A stretch of 29,116 nt of DNA from Candidatus Pacearchaeota archaeon (lineage in GTDB: Archaea > Nanobdellota > Nanobdellia > Pacearchaeales > GW2011-AR1): assembly GCA_023133375.1 (NCBI GenBank), contig JAGLWP010000001.1:1-29116 (forward strand), in the 5' to 3' direction. Under the pieces are notes generated by a model. The model did not search any database, was not told where the DNA came from, and was given only the letters and a program-made list of their open reading frames with translations. The position numbers were made by a program, and so were the translations under genes. Shown piece after piece: positions 16,817 to 24,338 of the stretch. Position 1 is the first letter of the stretch; every line of letters begins with the position of its first letter.

Positions 16817-17254
16817 CTACGATTTTATTCCTTTTAATTTTAATACTGTAGGATTATTTTCATCTCCTAATATTATAGAATATTTATCTTTATTTCTTTT
16901 ATAATATTCTAAAGAAACCCATTCCATCATTTTATCACTTCCTCTAAGCACTCCAATTTGATTATCTGGGGGAGCAGGGAATATACCATGAGTTTTAAAA
17001 TCAATCTTCAACGATCTAATTTTTGGAGGATTAACAAGATACTCTTTATCCTCTTTGATTTCTGTTTTACCATCATATTTTTCCCAATGACTCTTTTGTC
17101 TTTGTTTGTCAATAATATGTAATCCCGAACCAATAATCCCTTCTGGGTTTTGAGGCACATTTTTCCACCAAGTATCGTTTTTATTAGTATATTGAATTTG
17201 TTTGTACCTTACTCCATCAATAAGAGTATCTGTAGTTTTAGTTTTTTTACTCAT
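16817..17254 (-). CDS. Hypothetical His-x9-His protein, paralog of 13058-13342
   Basis: 145 aa from ATG 17254, directly after the upstream stop; contains the shared blocks. Confidence 0.8.
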   Translation of the reverse strand: MSKKTKTTDTLIDGVRYKQIQYTNKNDTWWKNVPQNPEGIIGSGLHIIDKQRQKSHWEKYDGKTEIKEDKEYLVNPPKIRSLKIDFKTHGIFPAPPDNQIGVLRGSDKMMEWVSLEYYKRNKDKYSIILGDENNPTVLKLKGIKS

Positions 17255-17255
17255 T

Positions 17256-17558
17256 TTATTTTTTATATCCAACTTTCACTTGTTTAATTAGATATGTTAT
17301 AGCAATTAAGAGAACTGCAATTCCAATACAATATTTAAGAAAATTATTTGCTTGAGAAGATTTTTTAATCATATCAAGATTGGACGTGGTTATATTTTCT
17401 TTAAAAGTTACCCCCTTCTTAGATAACCCTACCTCTGTTGAAATGGCATGCCCTATTATCTTTATGTTCCCTCTTACTAAATAAAATAAAAGAAAACCTA
17501 CAAGGATTACGGCAAACAAAATCATTACAATTATCAAGGTAGATTGTCCTTGTTTCAT
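17256..17558 (-). CDS. Small membrane protein with class III (pilin-like) signal peptide
   Basis: MKQGQSTL followed by a 20-residue hydrophobic helix; second TM at the C-terminus. Confidence 0.6.
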   Translation of the reverse strand: MKQGQSTLIIVMILFAVILVGFLLFYLVRGNIKIIGHAISTEVGLSKKGVTFKENITTSNLDMIKKSSQANNFLKYCIGIAVLLIAITYLIKQVKVGYKK

Positions 17559-17599
17559 AAAGCCTCTAATAATCAAAATTTTTTAAGCATTTCTATATT

Positions 17600-18040
17600 C
17601 TATGCTTTTTTTGTGAAATTATTATAAACTAATAGAAATGTCATTACTATTATTGAATCAGATAAAATCATTAAAGTAAAAAGACTAACATAAAAGAGTA
17701 CTAGAGATAAACCATAATGCACTAAAACCTGAGCAATAGAACCAAAAGCAAGAGTTATTGTTGCCATCAGAATAATTCCGTTATAGAAAGTTTGTTTCTT
17801 TTGAATTTGGACTATTTGTTTATCTCTTTCATTTCTCTCTAATTCTCTCAAATGATGCATTACTCTCTCCAAGGTTAATGTCTGGGGTCTGCCTGCACAA
17901 CCCATTTCAGAAAGTAAAGTATCAACATGTATATCAACATCAGGTTCATCAGATAAATCTTCTGGGATTTGTCCTATATCTCCTATATTTCTTGCCCAAC
18001 ATTTTAGAATTTTCATCCTAATTTTTTCATATTCTTCCAT
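17600..18040 (-). CDS. Hypothetical membrane protein
   Basis: Soluble N-terminal domain, coiled segment, two C-terminal TM helices. Confidence 0.75.
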   Translation of the reverse strand: MEEYEKIRMKILKCWARNIGDIGQIPEDLSDEPDVDIHVDTLLSEMGCAGRPQTLTLERVMHHLRELERNERDKQIVQIQKKQTFYNGIILMATITLAFGSIAQVLVHYGLSLVLFYVSLFTLMILSDSIIVMTFLLVYNNFTKKA

Positions 18041-18074
18041 AAACCCACAAGAAATAGTCAGATTTTAAATTTTC

Positions 18075-18296
18075 CTATTTTTTCACATAGCACCGAAAAC
18101 TCTTATCTTCAGGATTCAAACATTTAACAAATCCTTTTTTCTCCATATCTAAAAGAACCCGACTTATAGAACTTCTATGTTTCTTCAAATCTTTTGCGAT
18201 TTCAGAAGCAGTTTTTGGTTTATCTAATTGTTTCCAAACTTCTTTTCTTAATTCACTTTTCTTTAAGAATATCTCTAATTGTAGCTCTTTTTTCAT
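18075..18296 (-). CDS. Winged helix-turn-helix regulator (ArsR/MarR-like)
   Basis: KPKTASEIAKDLKKHRSSISRVLLDMEKKGFVKC. Start set at ATG 18296. Confidence 0.85.
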   Translation of the reverse strand: MKKELQLEIFLKKSELRKEVWKQLDKPKTASEIAKDLKKHRSSISRVLLDMEKKGFVKCLNPEDKSFRCYVKK

Positions 18297-18304
18297 AAAA
18301 CAAC

Positions 18305-18347
18305 GGCGTAACAATTGTTAAAAAATAGGAGTTACAAGGGCGTAACA
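18305..18347. promoter_or_regulatory. Putative operator array between divergent wHTH and Ltp genes
   Basis: GGCGTAACA (18305), GGAGTTACA (18328), GGCGTAACA (18339); perfect palindrome TAACAATTGTTA at 18309-18320. Confidence 0.6.
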
Positions 18348-18388
18348 GATATGAAAAGATTTAAATACATGAAAAATACCTATTTTTA

Positions 18389-19000
18389 ATGGCTGAAAAA
18401 CAAAAATCATGGTTCAAAAAACATCCTGTCTGGACTGGAATAATTGGATTTGTTGTATTAGCAATGATTATTGGTCCTTTTTTGCCTGGTGATAAACAAG
18501 AATCAAATGAAGGGAGTTTAACATTATTAGAAACAGGAAATCAAGATAATGATTGTAATCCAAATTGGCAATGTTCCTCTTGGTCTATATGCAGTTCATC
18601 AAGTAAGCAAACAAGAACTTGTTCAGATAATAATAATTGTGGTGTTCTAACTAATAAACCAGCAGTATCTCAATCATGTACTCCTTCTGTAGAAGAAAAA
18701 TCAGATAAAGCGACAATAGGTGAAAAGAACGCATTATCTAAGGCATTATCTTATTTGAGTATTATGCCTTTCTCTTATAGTGGATTAATAGAACAATTGG
18801 AGTATGAAGGATATACGCATCAAGAAGCAGTATATGGTGTAGATAATTCTGGGGCTGATTGGAATGAGCAAGCAGCATTAAAAGCTCAATCTTATTTAGA
18901 TATTATGCCCTTTTCACGAGAAGGGTTAATAGAACAATTGGAGTATGAAGGATATACAAGAGAGCAAGCCGAATATGGTGTTCAAGCTGTTGGGTATTAA
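18389..19000 (+). CDS. Membrane-anchored protein with Cys-rich module and two Ltp-family repeats
   Basis: N-terminal TM; CNPNWQCSSWSIC...QTRTCSDNNNC; two copies of A-x-SYL-x-IMPFS...GLIEQLEYEGYT-x-x-x-A-x-YGV. Confidence 0.88.
   Translation: MAEKQKSWFKKHPVWTGIIGFVVLAMIIGPFLPGDKQESNEGSLTLLETGNQDNDCNPNWQCSSWSICSSSSKQTRTCSDNNNCGVLTNKPAVSQSCTPSVEEKSDKATIGEKNALSKALSYLSIMPFSYSGLIEQLEYEGYTHQEAVYGVDNSGADWNEQAALKAQSYLDIMPFSREGLIEQLEYEGYTREQAEYGVQAVGY
18785..18957 (+). repeat. Exact 32 bp intragenic repeat of the Ltp units
   Basis: TTAATAGAACAATTGGAGTATGAAGGATATAC at 18785-18816 and 18926-18957, period 141 nt (47 codons). Confidence 0.92.
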
Positions 19001-19066
19001 TCAATTAAATTATTAGAGCGAATTTAGATAGTTGGGAAGTTGAAGTAGAAGAATATTATTAAAAAA

Positions 19067-19225
19067 ATGAAACAAAAAACAAACATGAGTAGGAGTGGAA
19101 GTTGGACAATTTGTGTTTTGTTGTTGATATTTCTTTTTCCAATTGGTATTTTATATTGGTTGTTTAAAATGAGAAAAACCAAAACTTATGAATATAAGTT
19201 GAAAGAAGGTAAAGGAAAAAAATAA
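19067..19225 (+). CDS. 52 aa membrane peptide; not in the ORF track
   Basis: MKQKTNMSRSGSWTICVLLLIFLFPIGILYWLFKMRKTKTYEYKLKEGKGKK, same strand as the Ltp gene. Confidence 0.65.
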   Translation: MKQKTNMSRSGSWTICVLLLIFLFPIGILYWLFKMRKTKTYEYKLKEGKGKK

Positions 19226-19267
19226 GAACAATACATTAGATTTTAAATTTTTCTATACTCCTCTTGA

Positions 19268-19387
19268 TTATTCTATATTTGGTTGAGTTCCAGCAGGTTC
19301 TATTGGTTTAACCTCTATTTGGAGTTCTGCTCCACATTTCGGGCACACACAACATCCCGCCACTGGAATTTTGTTTTTTTCTGTCAT
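19268..19387 (-). CDS. 39 aa CPxCG-type peptide; not in the ORF track
   Basis: MTEKNKIPVAGCCVCPKCGAELQIEVKPIEPAGTQPNIE; TATA-like TTTAAAAA upstream. Confidence 0.5.
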   Translation of the reverse strand: MTEKNKIPVAGCCVCPKCGAELQIEVKPIEPAGTQPNIE

Positions 19388-19505
19388 AAAAAATAGAATA
19401 AAATATCATTTTTAAATATTTGTAATTAAATTATATAATTATTTCTCTGTATCTTTCCAACTTATTAAGAAAACTTTAAAAGCCACATCATACATAAATT
19501 ATTAG

Positions 19506-19581
19506 AGCGCGGTAGAACAGCCTGGAGTGTTCGCGGGGCCCATAACCCCGAGGTCGTGTGGTTCAAATCCCACCCGCGCTA
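19506..19581 (+). tRNA. Initiator tRNA-Met(CAT)
   Basis: A1:U72, A11:U24 and three G-C pairs in the anticodon stem (CGGGG/CCCCG). Atypical C33 and a T-stem bulge. Confidence 0.92.
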
Positions 19582-19602
19582 TTTGAAATTAATAAATCTA
19601 AA

Positions 19603-20268
19603 ATGCTAAAACTTGGAATAGATGATGCAGGAAGAGGCCCTGTAATTGGTCCGATGATTTTAGCAGGTTGCCTGATAGATGAGAAAACAGAAAAAGAATT
19701 CAAAAAATTAGGAATAAAAGATAGCAAGCAATTAACTCAAAAAAGACGGGAAGTTCTGGCAGAAAAGATAAAAGAAAAAGCAGAAACTTTTGAAATTGTT
19801 TTAGCATCTCCTAAAGAAATAGACTGGGCAAATAGTAAAGGGATTAATCTAAATGTAGTAGAAGCCATAAAAACAGCGAAGATAATCAATAGAATAAATA
19901 AGGGATTTAAAAGTATAAAAGTAATTGTAGATTGCCCTTCAGTCAGTATAGAAAAATGGCAGGACTTGTTAAAAACAAAAATAAGAAATTTATCAAATCT
20001 TGAAATTCATTGCGAGCACAAGGCAGATAAAAATCACATTGTTGTTTCAGCCGCTTCAATTCTTGCAAAATGCACAAGAGAAAAAGAAATGACTAAATTG
20101 AAAGAGGTTTATGGGGAGGGGATAGGCTCTGGTTATTGTTCTGATCCTTTAACATGCAGGTTTCTCGAAAAACATTCTCAAAGATATGAAAATAAAGGAA
20201 TATTCAGAAAAACATGGAGCACGTGGAAAAATGCAATCGCAACTTCAAAACAAAAAAGATTATTTTGA
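19603..20268 (+). CDS. rnhB: Ribonuclease HII
   Basis: GIDDAGRGPVIGPM, KDSKQL, EHKAD...VSAASILAK, GSGYCSDP. Start moved out of the tRNA to ATG 19603. Confidence 0.95.
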   Translation: MLKLGIDDAGRGPVIGPMILAGCLIDEKTEKEFKKLGIKDSKQLTQKRREVLAEKIKEKAETFEIVLASPKEIDWANSKGINLNVVEAIKTAKIINRINKGFKSIKVIVDCPSVSIEKWQDLLKTKIRNLSNLEIHCEHKADKNHIVVSAASILAKCTREKEMTKLKEVYGEGIGSGYCSDPLTCRFLEKHSQRYENKGIFRKTWSTWKNAIATSKQKRLF

Positions 20269-20290
20269 TTAAGAATTCTTATGCATTATT

Positions 20291-20692
20291 TTAGAAGTTA
20301 TAAAATCGTTCTGAATGATCAAGATAAGGGCAACATTCTCTTTTTGTGGGATCTTGTTCATTCTCTTCTAAATCTTCCCAGGATTCTATCTCTTTTAAAT
20401 CTCCAACATAGCAATATCCTAATGCAATCTCATCTGTTATTTGATTATATTGTAATCTCGGACATCTAACCATTGTAGAACAACCGCCTTTGATTGAAAC
20501 TATTGCTGTTACTCCTTCAAGTTTGTTGTTTCTTCCTTTACATGGAAAAGATTTTGTCTCAATTGTTTTTTTCTTTTCATTCATTAAATCTACAAGAATA
20601 TCTTTTCTATTCAAATTTATTTCTACAGGAATTTTACCAATGTTTAATTCTGTTTTTATTATTATATTATCTGATTTTTTTGCCATATTCAA
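20291..20692 (-). CDS. Hypothetical Cys-rich protein
   Basis: 133 aa with six Cys (FPCKG, GCS, RCP, YCY, ECCP). Confidence 0.7.
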   Translation of the reverse strand: MNMAKKSDNIIIKTELNIGKIPVEINLNRKDILVDLMNEKKKTIETKSFPCKGRNNKLEGVTAIVSIKGGCSTMVRCPRLQYNQITDEIALGYCYVGDLKEIESWEDLEENEQDPTKRECCPYLDHSERFYNF

Positions 20693-20807
20693 CTTCGAGT
20701 AACATACCTTATAAATCTTTTGTTTTATTACTTCTCTAAAGTTACTACAAGCCTATCTTAATTTTTTTGCAAGCAACTTTTAAAAATACTATTTGTTTAT
20801 TTCCTTC

Positions 20808-23666
20808 ATGCCTTTCATTAAAAAAATAGTGATGCACGGATTTAAAAGTTTTGTTAAAAAAACAGACATCCCATTTACGCCCGGAATAAATGTTGTTTTA
20901 GGACCAAATGGAAGTGGGAAAAGCAATATTTCCGATGCACTGTGTTTTGTTTTAGGAAGACTTTCAATAAAATCAATGAGAGCAGCTAAAGCAAGAAATT
21001 TAATTTTCATAGGTACAAAGGCAGTAGCCCCCTCAAAGGAAGCGTCAGTAGAAATAGTATTTGATAATTCTGATAAAACTTTTTCAATTGATAATAAAGA
21101 AATTTCAATAAAAAGAATAGTAAGAAAAAATGGTCAAAGTATTTATAAGATAAATGATGAAACAAAAACAAGACAGGAAATCTTGGCATTATTGGCTCAA
21201 GCTGGGATAGACCCAAATGGTTTTAACATAATTTTGCAAGGAGAAATTCAGAACTTTGTGAGAATGCAGGCAGAAGAAAGAAGAAAAATTGTTGAAGAAG
21301 TTTCCGGGATTTCTATTTATGAATCGAGAAAAGAAAAATCTCTAAAAGAATTGGATAAAACAGAAGACAGATTAAAAGAAGTCTCGGCAATATTAAGGGA
21401 AAGGTCAATTTATCTAAATAATCTTGAGAAAGAGAGACAGCAGGCACTGAGGTATAAAAAACTTGAGAAAGATATTAAAAAATATAAAGCGAGCATAATT
21501 TATTATGATTTAACAAAAAAGAAAAAAGAAGCAGGGATTATAGAAGAAGAAATATTAAAGAAAAATAAGCAAATAGAAAAATCAAGAAAAATAAATTTAA
21601 CTATCCAAACTTCTATTGAAAATATTGAATATAAAATCCTTTCAATAAATTCTGTTATACAGAAATCAACTGGGCTTGAACAGGAGAAACTTAATCAGGA
21701 AATAGCAGATATAAGAGCAGAACTTGCAGGAATAAATGTAAGGATTGAGAACTATGAGAATAAGCTTTTAGATATAAGAAAACAAAAACAGGAATTTGAA
21801 AAGATATTTAATGAAAATAAATTAGCAATAAAAGAATTAAAGGAGGAATCTCCAAGCAAGTCCAAAACCCAAAAAGAAATAGAAGAGAAGAAAAAAGAAC
21901 TTGAGAAGTTTGAAGAACAAAGAAAAAAATTTTACACAACAAAATCAGAACTGAAATCAATTAGAGAAAGAATTCATGATAAAGAAACTCTTCTGCAGAA
22001 TTTCACCAATGAATCAGAATTCTTGCTTAAGCAAATAAAATCTTTCTTTAGAGATTTATTTGATAGGAAAACAAATGAAGAAAAACTTGACGCATTAAAG
22101 ATTTCTCTTGCAGAAAAAAAGGAACTTTTAGAAAGATTGAATAAGCGAGAGATAGAATTAGAAAAAATTTCTGGAGCTAATGAATATGAAATAGACAAAC
22201 AAAATAAGCTTATTAAAAAAATATCAAAAATGGATCTTTGCCCGCTTTGTAAAAATAAAATTACTCAAGAACATATTGAAGAAATACACAGGGAAACATT
22301 CCCAAAAATTGAATCTTTGAAAAAAGAAATAGAAAATTCTGATAAAGAATTGGGGGGGATATATAATAAAAAGGACATGATTAAACAGGGAGTAGAACAG
22401 ATAATTTCTGAGATTTCAAAAAGAGAGTTGGATTTAATTAAACTTTCAAATATAAATGAAAAGAAAGACCAGATTAAGATTCTTCAAGAAAAAATTGATG
22501 GATTGAAAAAGGAATTATCTGGATTATCTAAAAGAGAAAAAAACCTTGAGATGAATTTTGATGCAAACTCAAATATTGAACAAAAATATGAAACTATGAA
22601 AGTTGAAATTCAGGAGATTTCATCTAGAACAAAAGAAAACATTAATTCAGAAATTTCATTTAAACAACGGGAATTTGAACGCTCGAAAATTTCTATAAAT
22701 CAATTAATTAGGGAAGAAGAAGATTTCAAAAAAGAACTTAAAGAAATTAAAGAAGAAATGAATAAAAAAGAAGAATCTCTGGAAAAAAAGAAGAAAAGCG
22801 AGAGAGAGTTAACTGAAAGATTTCAAAAATTAATTTCAGAAAGGGATGTTCTGCAAAAGCAGGTAAGGGAAAATGAATTAAAACTTTCTTCAAATAAAAA
22901 CTTCATTTATAATTTTGAGCAGAATATTAATAATTTAAAAATAGACCGGGCAAGAGTTGGTGCAGAAGTTGAAAACCTTGAAACAGAAATGCTCAGTTTT
23001 CCAAACATTGAAATAATAAAAGCAAATAAAGAAATACTTTTGCAAAAACTAACTAAATTTCAGGATATTATATCAAGAATTGGTTCAGTAAATCTTCGTT
23101 CTCTGGAAGTTTATGAGCACATAAAAAAAGAATATGATTCAATTAAGGAAAAAACAGAAATTATAAATAAGGAAAAAGAAGGAATATTAAAAATAATTCA
23201 TGAGATTGATATAAAAAAGAAAAAATCATTTATGAAAACTCTTACATCACTCAATGAAATCTTCTCTAGAAATTTTTCACAATTAAGTGAGAAAGGACAT
23301 GTATATCTTGAATTAGAAGATAGAAAAGAACCTTTTTCTGGGGGAATTAATATAATTGTAAAAACAGGGCATGGAAAATACTTTGATGTAAAATCATTAT
23401 CTGGAGGAGAGCAAACCCTTGTCGCGCTTTCATTAATTTTTGCAATACAAGAATTAAGCCCATACCATTTTTACATTTTAGATGAGATTGATGCTGCGCT
23501 CGATAAGAGAAACTCTGCACGACTCTCAAATTTACTTAGAAAATATATGCAAAAAGGACAATACATTGTTATCTCCCACAACGATGAAGTTATCTCAAAT
23601 GCAACAAATATTTATGGCGTCAGTATGCATGACGGAATTAGTAAAGTTATTAGTTTGAATGTTTAG
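20808..23666 (+). CDS. smc: SMC-family ATPase with central CPLC motif
   Basis: GFKSF, GPNGSGKSN, Q-loop IILQG, LSGGE, ILDEIDAALD, ISH, long coiled coils. ATG 20808 preferred over TTG 20793. Confidence 0.9.
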   Translation: MPFIKKIVMHGFKSFVKKTDIPFTPGINVVLGPNGSGKSNISDALCFVLGRLSIKSMRAAKARNLIFIGTKAVAPSKEASVEIVFDNSDKTFSIDNKEISIKRIVRKNGQSIYKINDETKTRQEILALLAQAGIDPNGFNIILQGEIQNFVRMQAEERRKIVEEVSGISIYESRKEKSLKELDKTEDRLKEVSAILRERSIYLNNLEKERQQALRYKKLEKDIKKYKASIIYYDLTKKKKEAGIIEEEILKKNKQIEKSRKINLTIQTSIENIEYKILSINSVIQKSTGLEQEKLNQEIADIRAELAGINVRIENYENKLLDIRKQKQEFEKIFNENKLAIKELKEESPSKSKTQKEIEEKKKELEKFEEQRKKFYTTKSELKSIRERIHDKETLLQNFTNESEFLLKQIKSFFRDLFDRKTNEEKLDALKISLAEKKELLERLNKREIELEKISGANEYEIDKQNKLIKKISKMDLCPLCKNKITQEHIEEIHRETFPKIESLKKEIENSDKELGGIYNKKDMIKQGVEQIISEISKRELDLIKLSNINEKKDQIKILQEKIDGLKKELSGLSKREKNLEMNFDANSNIEQKYETMKVEIQEISSRTKENINSEISFKQREFERSKISINQLIREEEDFKKELKEIKEEMNKKEESLEKKKKSERELTERFQKLISERDVLQKQVRENELKLSSNKNFIYNFEQNINNLKIDRARVGAEVENLETEMLSFPNIEIIKANKEILLQKLTKFQDIISRIGSVNLRSLEVYEHIKKEYDSIKEKTEIINKEKEGILKIIHEIDIKKKKSFMKTLTSLNEIFSRNFSQLSEKGHVYLELEDRKEPFSGGINIIVKTGHGKYFDVKSLSGGEQTLVALSLIFAIQELSPYHFYILDEIDAALDKRNSARLSNLLRKYMQKGQYIVISHNDEVISNATNIYGVSMHDGISKVISLNV

Positions 23667-23669
23667 ATA

Positions 23670-23825
23670 ATGAATCACCCCGCTCCAAAGTCGCTCAGCT
23701 TATTGATATGCTCACAACTGGCTCTGCCAAGTTGTTCGCTAAGAGTTCTGAACCTGAAAATCATAAGTTAAATTATCGCGTGTTTCTTCTTATTAATTTA
23801 TATTAAATCTGCGAAGCAGGTAATT
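23670..23825. repeat. Intergenic palindromic element (family member)
   Basis: AATCACCCCGCTCC at the left; hairpins ACAACT-GGC-TCT-GCC-A-AGTTGT and CTGC-GAA-GCAG; AGCAGGTAATT at the right. Confidence 0.6.
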
Positions 23826-23850
23826 ATTATAATTAGTTTAAATGTTTAGA

Positions 23851-24261
23851 TTAGTTTCTATCACATTGACATTGCAAAACCTGATAACTTGGGGTATAGA
23901 AATCTCTGATTTTTTCACAAAGAGTCGCTAATTTTAAAGCATCTTCATTTTTATAAAATTTTTCTGGATTTTGTTTTAGTAAATCAAGTTGTCTTAGGGT
24001 ATTTTTAAATCCGCATATTGGGTTCTTCAAATTTAAGGAATCATAGCCAGCCAGTTCAACAATTTTACGCAGGTCTTTTACAAAAAAATAATCTCTTTTT
24101 TCAATAACTGATTCTAATCCTCTTAAAATTTCTCTAAAGAATTTTTTTGCATCATCAACATATACTTCAAAATTTTCACTAAAAAAAGTTTTTTTATTCC
24201 TAATTGAATGAGACACAAAATTGAAAACCACTTGATATTCAAATTTTTCTATTTCATCCAT
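23851..24261 (-). CDS. Hypothetical protein
   Basis: 136 aa ATG ORF, helical pattern. Confidence 0.75.
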   Translation of the reverse strand: MDEIEKFEYQVVFNFVSHSIRNKKTFFSENFEVYVDDAKKFFREILRGLESVIEKRDYFFVKDLRKIVELAGYDSLNLKNPICGFKNTLRQLDLLKQNPEKFYKNEDALKLATLCEKIRDFYTPSYQVLQCQCDRN

Positions 24262-24338
24262 AATTTTACATCTGTAAGAAATATTTAAACTTTATTGCAC
24301 TTCACTAAATACTTAAACATGTCTGTCTTTTTTTAACA

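Noticed and set aside
16800-19450. Intact provirus
   Set aside because: No capsid, packaging ATPase, integrase or att duplication seen, and the region lies at the 5' side of both tRNAs rather than at a 3' integration site.
19558-19602. N-terminal extension of the rnhB ORF (start 19558)
   Set aside because: It starts inside the initiator tRNA gene.
20808-23666. Annotating the ATPase as Rad50
   Set aside because: Head motifs are SMC-type and no mre11, herA or nurA gene is adjacent.
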